Shown here in pieces: positions 1 through 10,044 of a DNA stretch of 64,000 nt. The notes below the pieces were generated by a model, which was not told the DNA's origin, ran no database searches, and saw only the letters and a program-made list of their open reading frames with translations. Numbering within the stretch: position 1 is the stretch's first letter; each line of letters begins with the position of its first letter. Source of the stretch: an uncultured Candidatus Binatia bacterium (lineage in GTDB: Bacteria > Desulfobacterota > Binatia > UBA9968 > CAXXLF01); NCBI GenBank assembly GCA_965218425.1, contig OZ244621.1, positions 4,256,001-4,320,000 of the forward strand. Direction: 5' to 3'. The translations under genes were made by a program, and so were the position numbers.

Positions 1-214
1 AGGTGTTTGAAACCCTGAGGGAAGCTCAGGTGCTGATCGAAAGATGGAGAAGAGAGTATAACCAGCGGCGGCCTCACAGCGCCCTGGGCTATCGTTCTCC
101 GGCACCGGAGGCCTTTCTGCCCAGAGCGCAGGCTGGGAATTCATCCCCATGGGCTGGACTCCAGATAATTCCGGCTCTAACTTAAAGGGTGGTACCACTC
201 CTGGGGGCAGGTCA
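1..214 (+). mobile_element. IS3-family element, right end only (integrase-core C-terminus at 3..185 plus right inverted repeat)
   Basis: ORF reads ETLREAQVLIERWRREYNQRRPHSALGYRSP, the typical integrase C-terminal motif. It is followed by an IS3-like end GGTACCACTCCTGGGGGCAGGTCA ending in CA at 214. Truncated by the window edge. Confidence 0.8.
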
Positions 215-1300
215 CCAGGAGCAGGCTCATTAAGAGTACGGGTCCGTTAATCTTTTGTCGATAATTTACGTGTTCTTGGGTCGCAGTTCTGTCCATGCCA
301 TGGAACCCTGATTTTCAAGAAGGTTGCCGCGATCTTCTGCTGAGGAAACTGTCACAGCCCTATTGCAATTTAATCGCCCCCCGTATGCTACATGATTTTG
401 TTCCTCCCCTAATATTCCCTTTATTTATTGGCTCTTTTTTTTAAGAGCCTACGGGCGCTTTTCCGTGCCGTTTTCGCTTTCGCCTGCTTCTCTTCCGAAA
501 TCTCCTCGATCTTGTGCCACTTTTCTAGAGATATAGTATCCTTTGCCCCTAAATACCCGAACTCGGATGTCCATTGGGTCTCCACATCCAACCGACGGGT
601 GGGCTGGCTCAGGGTCTTTGTCCAGATTTCCTGTCCCTCCTTGCTCAGCAACCAATTGACAAAAACCTTGGTGGCGTTGGGGTGGGGGTGATTCTTAATA
701 ATCGCCAGATTCCCTGACCCGGCTGTGCCATAAGTCCCTTCTTTAAAGAGAGGAAGGGCCTTTACGGGCAGACCCGCATCAATAAAAGACTGGAATGCAT
801 AGTATGTAACACCGATGGTTAAGGCTAGTTTCCCCTTGGCAAGCGACTCCGCCATGACCCGCCGGTTACGGGTGATTTGGACGTCTTGTTTGACAAACGC
901 CTGCAAGAATTTTTCTCCTTTGTGCTTCCACATGTATTCCCAAACCCCTCTCCCTGCGCCTGGTCGCCGCGGATCGTAAAAGGCCATCTTCCCCTTCAAT
1001 TTTGGATTAAGGAGGTCGTCATAAGAACGCAGCTCATCAGGGTTGACCGAATCAGTATTGTACCAGAAGTTAGCAGTCAAAAAGGCGGAATAGGTATAGG
1101 TGTACCGCTTCTCCTTATCAATAGACATATGTCCGCCCCACCAGTTTTTGGGGTCTTTAACCTCGGGAAGAAGCAGGTACGGCTCGAAAGGATCCACGAT
1201 CTTTCCTCCAACGAAACCGCTGATCATGGACCCCGAACCCCCGAGATGGACGTCAAAATAGTGCACGCCGTGAAGCGACCCGGGTTTCACGGACAGTTAA

Positions 1301-2119
1301 TTAAGCCACACGTTTGATCGAGTCATATGCCATTGGGGTGTGGTATCCCAACGACTCATGCTTTCTTCTTCGGTTATAAAACAGTTCAATGTAGTCGAAG
1401 ATATCCGACCTAGCGTCCTGCCTCGTCTTATAATCCTGATGGTGTACAAGTTCATTCTTTAGTGAGCTGAACAAACTCTCGACCACTGCATTGTCGTAGC
1501 AATTCCCTTTGCGGCTCATGCTGCGCACCACCCCATGGCGTTTGAGCAACTCAACGTAGTGATTGCTAGCGTATTGGATTCCTTGGTCGCTATGGTGAAT
1601 CAGCCCCGCCATAGGCTGGCGCTGTTCGATAGCCATCAGTAAAGCTTCACTGACCAACTCCTGTGTGGGACGTTGCTTCATTGACCATCCCACCACCAGC
1701 CGAGAGTAAAGGTCCACCACTACCGCCAGGTATAACCACCCAGATCGGGTACCAATGAAGGTAATATCGGCCATCCATACCTGCTCGGGGCCTGACGCTT
1801 CGAAGCGTTGACGCAACAAGTTCGGTGCCGGTGGCGCACTGTGACGAGCCCTGTAGGCCAATCGAAACCTTTGCACCCGACGCGTCTCTATCCCCACTAA
1901 ACTCCTCAGCCTCGCCACCCCATGCTTCCCACATGTCACCCCCGCCTCCTTCAGCGTCAGCCATGTCTTGACTGCCCCGTACGCTTCCTTGTAGCTCTCG
2001 TGCACCTTGCGGATCTCTTTGATCACAACCTTATCCTGTGCTCTACGCCGAGACTCCCCTCGACCGCTCCAGTCGTAGTACCCACTACGACTGACCTCTA
2101 ATACCTCGCACATCCTCAC
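1301..2119 (-). CDS. IS3 transposase OrfB (DDE integrase core)
   Basis: Motifs WMADITFI, HHSDQGIQY, GNCYDNAVVESLFSSLKNE. The frame continues upstream in -1 relative to orfA. Confidence 0.93.
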   Translation of the reverse strand: MRMCEVLEVSRSGYYDWSGRGESRRRAQDKVVIKEIRKVHESYKEAYGAVKTWLTLKEAGVTCGKHGVARLRSLVGIETRRVQRFRLAYRARHSAPPAPNLLRQRFEASGPEQVWMADITFIGTRSGWLYLAVVVDLYSRLVVGWSMKQRPTQELVSEALLMAIEQRQPMAGLIHHSDQGIQYASNHYVELLKRHGVVRSMSRKGNCYDNAVVESLFSSLKNELVHHQDYKTRQDARSDIFDYIELFYNRRRKHESLGYHTPMAYDSIKRVA

Positions 2120-2160
2120 TACCCTAAACTCTGTCCTGTGAGCTCGTATAAACGCGTACT

Positions 2161-2451
2161 TTACTTGAGCTCCTTGGCAAAGTACGCTGCGGCCTTTTTT
2201 AATATATCTCGTTGTTCCGTTACCCGCTCCAGCTCTCGCCTTAACCGTGCTACCTCATCGTTGTCTCTACCTCGACCTGTGCCGGGAAACGCAGCCGCCC
2301 CTTTCCTCGTCACTTGCTCCTGCCACTTGTACAGTCGATTGCGAGGTACTCCCAGTTCCCGTGCAATCTCCGCTGCTGGCCGAGCGCCCGCCTCCAGCAG
2401 TCGAACAGCTTCCAACTTAAACTCTTGGGTGAAACGCCTTCGCTTGCCCAT
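2161..2451 (-). CDS. IS3 transposase OrfA (HTH)
   Basis: RRRFTQEFKLEAVRL...RDILKKAAAYFAKE. Slippery A-AAA-AAG at 2200..2194 for -1 frameshift into orfB. Confidence 0.93.
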   Translation of the reverse strand: MGKRRRFTQEFKLEAVRLLEAGARPAAEIARELGVPRNRLYKWQEQVTRKGAAAFPGTGRGRDNDEVARLRRELERVTEQRDILKKAAAYFAKELK

Positions 2452-2997
2452 CGAACACCTCCTGCGGGGATCTTGTCCCCTTTTTAGGTGTCCGTCAAAC
2501 CTGGGCTACCTCACCGGCCTTTAACTCGTCACGAATCCTTCTCAGTTGTCTCGAAGCCCTGCTCGGGAAGAGTTCCAGATCGATCCCCGCAAACCGCTTT
2601 TCGAAGGCTGCCTCCATTTTCGTTCTCAATTCAGCACTAGCGGGAATAGAAACCACAACCTTGCCTTCTTTTTTGGCGGCGTTTATGACCTTCTCCCACT
2701 CGCCCTGCCAAGAGCCCCAACCGTTTTGGGAGAAACCTAAGAATAGGATCCCTGCAACAGCGAATAATACGAACCTCTTAATTTGTTTGTGTAAATGGGC
2801 CATAGAAAAGTCCTTTCTTGCTTTAAAATTGATTGTCATTAATTCGTAAAGCGGCCTACGGTACGGAATAGGCCTAAGACATACATTTCTTCGCAGCAAT
2901 TATAAAGGCACCGCCAGTCTGTTGTCTTGTCCCGGTGTCTGATCTCTGCCGGGTCGCCTATTTACCGTTGAATACCCCTATCCCTTTATCGGCGGGT

Positions 2998-3026
2998 ATC
3001 TTATGTTCGATGGGTGACGTTGTCAA
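2998..3026 (-). promoter_or_regulatory. sigma70-type promoter for the (now interrupted) SBP gene
   Basis: TTGACA-N17-TAAGAT on the minus strand; the same TTGACA...TAAGAT architecture recurs at 8288..8317. Confidence 0.6.
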
Positions 3027-3031
3027 TTGGG

Positions 3032-4121
3032 TGTATTGGGCCACCACATATTGCACTCTTGGGGTCTTTGCTCCATTAAAAACTGCACCGGCCACTTAAG
3101 GTTGAGTCCCCAGTGAGGCCGCTCGCCGTTATACCACAACAGCCACGGGATCAACTCGCGGTTAAAGGCTGCCGGCTCCACGAGCAGATCCTCATGATAA
3201 TCGAGAAACTCTTCTTGAAGGGTACGGTTAAACCTCTCCACATGGACATTCATTTTTGGGCTCTTGGGATTAAGTATGCCAGTGAATCTTGTCCAGCCTC
3301 CTCAGTTCCCCATCGAAGTGCTTCATGAACTCAGAGCCATTGTCTGTAAGCACATATTGAAGCGGATAGGGAAACACCTCGCTGACTACCCTGTAGACTT
3401 CCCTGGCCGCCTCACAACCATGGCTGTGGCTCGCCCAGGCAAAACAGAACCGGGAGTAGACATCAGTGAAGGTGATCCCATACTTCATTAGCCCATCAAG
3501 GAACAACTCCACCCTATCGAAGGCCCCGCACTCACCAGGACAGTTAGCCCTAAAACCCTTGGGGTCTCTTGCCCGCTTCGGCTTGTTTGCTACCCTGTGG
3601 CCATTTGGCCGTATCCTCATGGGAACCGTTCTCATCTTGTCCACAGTCCCAGCTATGATCCGACCAATGCTCCTGGGCTTTGGACACCTCAGATCCTGCC
3701 TCTCACACCACGGCTTGAGCGATAAATAGATCTTCTCTTTGCTTAGATTGGGGTGCTCCGTCCTTATGCGGCCAATCTGTCCAAGCACCAACTGAGGCCA
3801 ACTACGACTCCTACGCCTATGGGGAGCCTTGCTCTCCTCGTTTAATGCCTCCAGCTTCCCGCCCCCTTTCATCAGCTGCCCTCTCCAGTAATACAGGGTC
3901 CGCCTTTTCACTCCAAAGGCCTCTTCAGTTGCTTCCAACCCCATGCTTGGCCCACAAACTGAGCACCCGAGCCTTGTGCTTTGCCTTATTACTAACCCTA
4001 GTCTCCCAGCGTATGGCATAGTCAGCGAGTGTGGAAAAGCCCCAGATGCGGTAAGAGAAATCCCGGATCTGCATCCCAGCTCAACCACCCAGAGTGTGCA
4101 AGATGTTTCTGGCCTTATGCA
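3032..4121 (-). mobile_element. Decayed IS481-like element (integrase-core transposase with two frameshifts)
   Basis: Protein pieces MQIRDFSY...AKHG / LEATEEAFGVKRRTLYYWR...LTDNGSEF...HWHT / (Y)PKSPKMNVHVERFNRTLQEEF...YNGERPHWGL, with frameshifts near 3940 and 3271. Imperfect IRs TGTATTGGGCC..TTGCAC and TGCATAAGGCC..TTGCAC. Direct repeat TTGGG at 3027-3031 and 4122-4126. Confidence 0.8.
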
Positions 4122-4279
4122 TTGGGATGGGGAGGCGAGGGCGGGCGGTGAAATTCCAGAGCAAAGTATGGTGTCCGCGATTCTAATGGGCCGATAGCTA
4201 CTTACCCTTTGATGATTTAATAGGTCGAAAACATGAAACCATGGACCTGGCCCCATTCACATATCGTTTCCGAGCCCTA

Positions 4280-4325
4280 ATAAAGAAAGAGAGGTTCGCC
4301 TTTCGGCAAACCTCTCTTTCTTTAT
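4280..4325. terminator. Long hairpin, probable intrinsic terminator or REP-like element
   Basis: ATAAAGAAAGAGAGGTT-CGCCTTTCGGCA-AACCTCTCTTTCTTTAT, a 17-bp perfect inverted repeat just past the stop of the 4354..5595 gene. Confidence 0.7.
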
Positions 4326-4353
4326 CACTTACACTCGCTATCAGGTACAGGAA

Positions 4354-5595
4354 CTATATGGCCGCGTTACGATCCGGTACCCAGTCCTCTCGCAGAATTT
4401 CGTCCGGATCTCCATGCCGCTCGGCGATGCCGCGCACCTTGGGGTCGTCGAGCGCCATCAGATGGCCGTTTTCGATCACTACACGGCCATCGGCGACGAC
4501 TGTGGGGAACATCATGTCGAAGTGGCGGATGACCTTGTGGTTTGGAGCGGATAGTCCTGCTCCTATGCTGGCGTGCAGGAATCCGGAGCGCCGGTGCCCC
4601 AAGCACCACGAGTGGACTCGAGCAGAACCTCGGGTGCTCTCGTATGACGGCGAGCGCCGGAACTTTGGGTTGGTGCACATGGCGAACGTGCTGATCCAAT
4701 TGGATCCCGGGCCGGGCAGACCCGGATAGGTCTTGTCCTTAAACTCCTCGAAGGAACGCCGGAGCGTATCGGCGAATGTGCCTCCTCCTTCGATCTTGGT
4801 CACCCTGCGCCCCTCGACCGTGAGGCGAGTCAAAGGCAAGGGGCCTCCAAAAGTAAGGCTCCGCAGCGCGATCTCGCCCTCGAGTTTCAATCCCATCGGG
4901 AATGGAACAAACAGATGGCCGGGGGTGTAAGGCCGTCCGCCGCTCTTTTCCTTGTCTTCCATCTCCAGCTTGGCCCAGTCCTCGGCAGTCAGGTCAAAGG
5001 TGAGGTTGGTGCCGTCCTCTTCGGTAATCTCGATCCGGCGCGCACCCCGAATCAGGTCAAACGTCTTGTCATCGATGGCATCCCAGACGTCGAGCGGGTA
5101 GGTGAGCGAGAAGTTGAGCAGCATGTCCGGAGGAAGCTCCCATTGCACGCCCCGCGCCTTGATGGCCGTACCCGCCTCCTTCGCCTCGCGCCCGAAGGGA
5201 AGCGCGGGAGTGTGCGGGAACTTGAAGAAGGCCAGGCAAAGTATAATGTCTGATTGTTTCGCACCCTCCCAGACCCAATCGGGGTACCAGTTCGTGGTGT
5301 TTGGCCCATCGACCAGCTCTAGGGGATCGTCCATGACCGGATAGCCTTCGAGGTTGACCGTGTCGCAGTGGCCGCCGCAATCTCGGATGGCTTGTTCGAA
5401 TGCCTCCGGCAAAATCGGATTGATGGTGCTGTCCGAGATCATAAATACCCTTTGGCCCGGCTTGAGACCGAGCCCCTCATAAAGGCCCCGCTGGGACTTT
5501 CGCGTGACGACCGACTTCAGCGCCGGCAATAACTCTTTCGCCGATGTCGGCTCGTGAACTTCGGGCATACGTGGGATCATATATTTGGACGCCAT
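4354..5595 (-). CDS. Peptidase M29 / NicX (2,5-dihydroxypyridine dioxygenase)-fold metalloprotein
   Basis: GARRIEITEEDGTNLTFDL, LTVEGRRVTKIEGGG, GFLHASIG and RHFDMMFPTVVADGRVVIENGHL match the M29/NicX architecture. RBS GGAGG upstream. Confidence 0.65.
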   Translation of the reverse strand: MASKYMIPRMPEVHEPTSAKELLPALKSVVTRKSQRGLYEGLGLKPGQRVFMISDSTINPILPEAFEQAIRDCGGHCDTVNLEGYPVMDDPLELVDGPNTTNWYPDWVWEGAKQSDIILCLAFFKFPHTPALPFGREAKEAGTAIKARGVQWELPPDMLLNFSLTYPLDVWDAIDDKTFDLIRGARRIEITEEDGTNLTFDLTAEDWAKLEMEDKEKSGGRPYTPGHLFVPFPMGLKLEGEIALRSLTFGGPLPLTRLTVEGRRVTKIEGGGTFADTLRRSFEEFKDKTYPGLPGPGSNWISTFAMCTNPKFRRSPSYESTRGSARVHSWCLGHRRSGFLHASIGAGLSAPNHKVIRHFDMMFPTVVADGRVVIENGHLMALDDPKVRGIAERHGDPDEILREDWVPDRNAAI

Positions 5596-5671
5596 AGTTT
5601 CCTCCTTTGGTGTACTTGTAGTCGGCTGTATTACGCGGCTTGTTCAAGGGCGCGGTCTTCCGACCCGGTTG

Positions 5672-5700
5672 ATAATATTTCACCGACATTGCAGTGTCAA
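5672..5700 (-). promoter_or_regulatory. sigma70-type promoter
   Basis: TTGACA-N17-TATTAT upstream of 5595. Confidence 0.6.
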
Positions 5701-5825
5701 TGGAATAAGGGCTAATTATTCGTAGTCCCCTAGTCATTCGTCCAGCATTCATTACTCAGTACAGATGACACTTCGCTCCTCGTGGAACGGCCTGCCCCCA
5801 CGTTCGATCAGGATAGCCTCCCCAC

Positions 5826-6932
5826 CTAGGAATAGGACCACTCGTAGTTTCTGTCCTTGTAGGCCTCCTCGGGCATCACGGACTTGAAGCCCCGCTTGGC
5901 CAGCTCCTGCTCGAACCTTTCCCGGATCACGGGGTCTTCGTCGGTGTATTCGATCTGGTCCCTTTCCAGGTCTTCCACTTTTTCACTGTAGGTGTTGATT
6001 CCCTCCGGAGAATGAAAGGCCAGGTAGCGGGCCGGCGTGCCGCCGACATTGAAGTGCTGGTGGAACCAGTGATCGGGAGGCACCATGACACTGGCTTCAT
6101 GCCAGGGGATCACGATCTTTTCCTCGTCCTCCCGCCACATGATGGAATAACCTTCGCCCGCGGGAATCACGATGACCACCCCCGGGCCGTGGCGGTGGGC
6201 CTTCTTGTAGGTCCGGGAGGGGAATACCGACATGTGGCCCTTCATGGCAGAGTTGGGACACTTCAACATCACCACGTTGCCTCCGGCGCCGCGGTGCCCG
6301 AAGGTGTCCAGCTTGTCCCAGCTCCTCATGTCGGGGAAAAAGTTGCCGGTCCAGATGCTGCGTGAGCGCCTACCCGCCGGCATCTCGCTGGTGTCGCGTA
6401 CCGCCTTGGCTTCGGAGTAGAAGTCCCCCTGCGGGCGGTACATCAGATCCATGTCCACGTGGGTATTGTTGAAAAAAAACTTGGGATCCGGCGTGATGGC
6501 CATGGCCAGAGGGAGAAAGTTGTAGTGGAGCAGCCGAGCGGCATGTGTTCCCTGCATGTTACCGTGCCGGTAGGCGTAATTGCGCGGGATCAGAAACATG
6601 CTGTGTTTCTGCCACTCGAAGGATTTCTTTGGCCCCTCTCCTCCCCAGACCGTGGTGAGGCCGCGACCCTCGGCCACGTAGACGATCTCGTCCAGCAGAA
6701 ACCTCTGGGGCGGGAGGGTTTTTCCAACGGGGATCTCTGTCACCCGGGCCTCGCTAATGCCCTCCTGACCCGCAAGCTTGAGGAATGCTCCGTTGCATTG
6801 GCGCTCCTCCCACCAGCCCAGTTCGAGGGTCCGCAAATCCTCGATGTGGTAACCTTCGTGCACCGGCACGCCCTGGGATCCGACCCACTGTTCGTAGGCG
6901 GTTTTATTGGCGTTTATGTCCCGGTCATTCAT
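5826..6932 (-). CDS. Bicupin protein (C-terminal HxH...HQH metal site)
   Basis: YKKAHRHGPG and WFHQHFN motifs; paralog of 36485 and 53201. Confidence 0.85.
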   Translation of the reverse strand: MNDRDINANKTAYEQWVGSQGVPVHEGYHIEDLRTLELGWWEERQCNGAFLKLAGQEGISEARVTEIPVGKTLPPQRFLLDEIVYVAEGRGLTTVWGGEGPKKSFEWQKHSMFLIPRNYAYRHGNMQGTHAARLLHYNFLPLAMAITPDPKFFFNNTHVDMDLMYRPQGDFYSEAKAVRDTSEMPAGRRSRSIWTGNFFPDMRSWDKLDTFGHRGAGGNVVMLKCPNSAMKGHMSVFPSRTYKKAHRHGPGVVIVIPAGEGYSIMWREDEEKIVIPWHEASVMVPPDHWFHQHFNVGGTPARYLAFHSPEGINTYSEKVEDLERDQIEYTDEDPVIRERFEQELAKRGFKSVMPEEAYKDRNYEWSYS

Positions 6933-6964
6933 CGGGCATGGCTTCTTTCCATTAAAAGAGTACT

Positions 6965-8104
6965 CTACTTACTCTTCCACACACTGTTAATAAACTTTAA
7001 AGTAGGCCGATCATCTCTATTTTTGGGTAAGTCCATGTCAAAAAATCTGTCCTTCCCCGAACGGCGAAACTCCGGAGGAATCATGTCTTTGGAAATATCT
7101 ATTCTACGCGAGTCAACGCCCTCCGGTTGTTTGGAGGATATCTTTTGTACCGCCAGCTGCCCTTCCCGGGACAGGAACCAGTTAACAAAGAGCTTCACTG
7201 CATTGGGATGTGGGGCCCGGTTAAGCACGGCAATGTGAGACGAACCGCCACTGATGGGCACAGCCTCTTTAAAATGCCCGGGAACAAACCAATCCACCGG
7301 CAGTCCCTGGGCCTTTGCCGTATCCAAAGTCGTCGTTTGTGGATTGGTGCGAAGCGCTATGGCGTATTTGCCCCTTGCCAGCCAGTCGGCGATCTGCCGA
7401 TGGTCACGGCTCCCAGCAATGTCCATCTCGGTAAATAGCCGTGTGAGGTATCGCAGTCCCATCTCGGGGTTGTTATGAAAGTAGGTCAAGAGGCGTGAGC
7501 CCCGGGCGCCCGGATCATAAGTGATGATCTTGCCTTTCCATTTCTGATCGAGGATATCCCAGTAAGACTTCATCTTTTTCGGATTCACAAGGTTTGTGTT
7601 GTAAGACACGTCAACACCGGGGTATGAGGCATACTTGAAAAGGTACTTTTTTTCCTCGTCAGCGTAGTAATGTTTCCCTTCAAACCATTTTGATTTATCA
7701 AGAACCTCGGGGAGAACCATATAAGGTCCAAGAGGATCAAATGCCCCTGCTTTGGCCAACCTGCCGCCCGACCCAGCCCCTAGATGCACGATGTCCGCCA
7801 CATAAACCCTCGCTCTCCTTTCGGCCATGACACGTGCGAGTGCGGCGCTTCCTCTGCGGGTCAACATTCGAACGACCTTGATCTCTGGAAACTTTTTCCC
7901 GAATTCGTTGAAATAAGGTTCAGCGGAATCCCCAGCGTGGTAAACAAGCCTCCCCTCCTTATTGGCCGCCTGGATCGTCATCTTCCATTCTTTTTCCCAA
8001 TCCCCGTTTTGCCCCTGGGCTTGGACAGGCGAGGTGACAGCCAGGAATAAACTTAATAATGCTGTGAATAACATCGAGCCAAATCGGTCAAAGAACATCT
8101 TCAT
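6965..8104 (-). CDS. ABC transporter substrate-binding protein (FbpA/PotD-like fold)
   Basis: Signal peptide; AANKEGRLV; APHPNAVKLFVNWFLSREGQ; DSRRIDI. Confidence 0.9.
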   Translation of the reverse strand: MKMFFDRFGSMLFTALLSLFLAVTSPVQAQGQNGDWEKEWKMTIQAANKEGRLVYHAGDSAEPYFNEFGKKFPEIKVVRMLTRRGSAALARVMAERRARVYVADIVHLGAGSGGRLAKAGAFDPLGPYMVLPEVLDKSKWFEGKHYYADEEKKYLFKYASYPGVDVSYNTNLVNPKKMKSYWDILDQKWKGKIITYDPGARGSRLLTYFHNNPEMGLRYLTRLFTEMDIAGSRDHRQIADWLARGKYAIALRTNPQTTTLDTAKAQGLPVDWFVPGHFKEAVPISGGSSHIAVLNRAPHPNAVKLFVNWFLSREGQLAVQKISSKQPEGVDSRRIDISKDMIPPEFRRSGKDRFFDMDLPKNRDDRPTLKFINSVWKSK

Positions 8105-8287
8105 TAATAGTCCCTCCTCTTACTGACACGTAGTCCGCTATGCTTTACACGCGTATCCAACTCCATCGACAGAACAGGTGAGTGAAGCGCGTTCACGCCA
8201 GAAGGTTCGGGCCGCGTGATGCCTTGTCCCGGTGCCTGATCCCTGCTGGGTCACCTCTGTCCCATGACTGGCCCAAGTATGGGCTTT

Positions 8288-8317
8288 ATCTTATGCGGGT
8301 TAGTTCTGGCTTGTCAA
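8288..8317 (-). promoter_or_regulatory. sigma70-type promoter for SBP 6965..8104
   Basis: TTGACA-N18-TAAGAT, followed by a leader element shared with 2923..2959. Confidence 0.55.
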
Positions 8318-8462
8318 TTCCCAGTGTCCCGATCCCTCACTCCGCCTCTGTTCCTTAGGATCATCGCTATTTGCTTGATCCCTGCTCCCAGCTATCCTCC
8401 ATCCTCGATCCTCCCGCTCAGTATTCAGTCCTAACTAGCTGCAAACTGATGGCCGACGGCTG

Positions 8463-8590
8463 ATTTCCCTCTCAATGGGCAATTGGTTTGTGTTGAATCT
8501 CATGGCCACAGGCGTGAAGTCGGTGCTGCCCGAGAAGGAAAAGATATACTTCTCCCCAGGGTCACGGTAATAATGCTGACAAGTCCATGG
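8463..8590 (-). pseudogene. Internal relic of an ABC substrate-binding protein gene
   Basis: Minus frame reads WTCQHYYRDPGEKYIFSFSGSTDFTPVAMRFNTNQLP, matching the W...H(Y/F)xDxxxKY(I/V)F...YNTNLV segment of the intact SBPs. Confidence 0.65.
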
Positions 8591-8806
8591 GCATTACCCG
8601 CCTCTCCGGTCGTGCTACCTTTCCTGCACGATTTCTTTCAAGCATCCTGTATGCCCTCCTTTATCAACTGGATTGGCTCACTGGAGTTGAAAATTATCTC
8701 CGATTAACGACAAAAAGCCAGCATATCCTGGCGATAAAATCGAAAAGAGCGACTGGCTTTATCACTCATCATGCTGCAATGATCTGAGCCCGATCCGTCG
8801 GTAAAA

Positions 8807-9955
8807 TTACACATCCCTCGCGCGTCTTATCTCTTGGCCCGTGTCTCGATCAGTTTCTCCTACTTTGAATTCAATGATGTGGTTTTTTTCAGGATCTCTA
8901 ACGACCCCCATAGGGTCCTGGCCTTTCTTGATGGCCTCAATCTGAAGGCGAAGCATCTGACGATACATCACCAAGCCTTTATCGCTAGAAACCAAATGCT
9001 CCTTGGTCCTGTCAGCCATCCGACCTTGAGTCTCCCAGGCCATACCATCCTGATCCGGAATGGTCTTCATGTGATATTTTTGCCTAAATAACCCGTTGTC
9101 ATTGTAGATCTCCTTGATAGGCGGCAAGTATTTGTAAGGAATCTCTTCTTGTTCGGCAGTCTGACCGTCCTGAGCCCGTCGATATTTCACGGACATGATC
9201 CCAGTGTGAGTGTCATCCATGGGAATATAGAAATGAATTGCATTTTGTGGACCCCTGCGTATATGGGGAAACACTAGCGGATGAACCTCTATGGTCTTCG
9301 GACGATGATGATACTTATAAAGGCCATACTCGAATACCTCGACTTCAAATCGCTCATCTTCCAAATTCTCCCGCTCGTTGGCCAGTTGACCGCCCGTGTA
9401 CGCATGAAGCCAGTAAAAGTGCGCTGGATCAACGCTATTTTCCATGGGCTGGAGCCAGTTACATTCGTGTACCGGACGAACCTCTATTTGCCGGACACAA
9501 CCCTCTTTTACCAGCGCATCGTACCTGGGCAGTAAAGGCGCAGGCAATGGACCGAAATAGCCAAACAAGAGTCCCCCCAGGCCCTGTACAGGATAGGCGC
9601 GGTGTCGAATTGAGTCTTTGGAGGTATCCCCAGGAGACTCAGCAGGTTGATCCAAACAATTCCCCTTGACGTCATATTTCCAACCATGATACGGACACCG
9701 AATACCATCCTGTTCAATCTTTCCGTAGCAAAGCGACGCCCCACGATGGGAACACTCCTCGGCCAGCAAACCGTATTTGCCTTGGCCGTCTTTGAAAACC
9801 AACAAATCCTCCCCCAGGAGCCTCACGGGCTTTTTCCCCATTTCATCAATTTCGGCCTTAGGGCCGATGGGCATCCAGTACCGACGAAGCAATTCCCCCA
9901 TCGGTGTCCCTGGGCCGACCCGGCATAAAAGATCGTTGCTGTCTCTATCTAACAT
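8807..9955 (-). CDS. Rieske non-heme iron oxygenase alpha subunit (phthalate 4,5-dioxygenase/LigXa-like)
   Basis: VGPGTPMGELLRRYW; CSHRG...CPYHGW Rieske motif; ENSVDPAHFYWLH; QDGMAWETQG. Confidence 0.92.
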   Translation of the reverse strand: MLDRDSNDLLCRVGPGTPMGELLRRYWMPIGPKAEIDEMGKKPVRLLGEDLLVFKDGQGKYGLLAEECSHRGASLCYGKIEQDGIRCPYHGWKYDVKGNCLDQPAESPGDTSKDSIRHRAYPVQGLGGLLFGYFGPLPAPLLPRYDALVKEGCVRQIEVRPVHECNWLQPMENSVDPAHFYWLHAYTGGQLANERENLEDERFEVEVFEYGLYKYHHRPKTIEVHPLVFPHIRRGPQNAIHFYIPMDDTHTGIMSVKYRRAQDGQTAEQEEIPYKYLPPIKEIYNDNGLFRQKYHMKTIPDQDGMAWETQGRMADRTKEHLVSSDKGLVMYRQMLRLQIEAIKKGQDPMGVVRDPEKNHIIEFKVGETDRDTGQEIRRARDV

Positions 9956-10044
9956 GGCACATCCGCCTTTTTCCGGAGATTACGTCACGCTTTATCTTTG
10001 ACTTTCCTCTTTATCTTCAGCAACTTTTCTTTTGGAACTAACCT

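Larger units (their letters stand above)
1271..2513 (-). mobile_element. Complete IS3-family insertion sequence
   Basis: Terminal IRs TGAAGCGACCCGGGTTTCACGGACA and TGAGGTAGCCCAGGTTTGACGGACA (19/25 match). 3-bp target duplication CCG at 1268-1270 and 2514-2516. Contains orfA and orfB. Confidence 0.95.
421..2803 (-). pseudogene. ABC transporter substrate-binding protein gene interrupted by an IS3 element
   Basis: The N-part (2803..2514: signal peptide, WEKVINAAKKEGKVVV) and the C-part (1270..421: ...HPHPNATKVFVNWLLSKEGQ) rejoin in frame as ELKAG-VHYFDV when 1271..2516 is removed. Confidence 0.92.

Noticed and set aside
3270..4256. 328-aa ORF as an intact integrase
   Set aside because: Its first ~100 residues are out of frame or outside the element. 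The real transposase starts near 4074 and is frameshifted twice.
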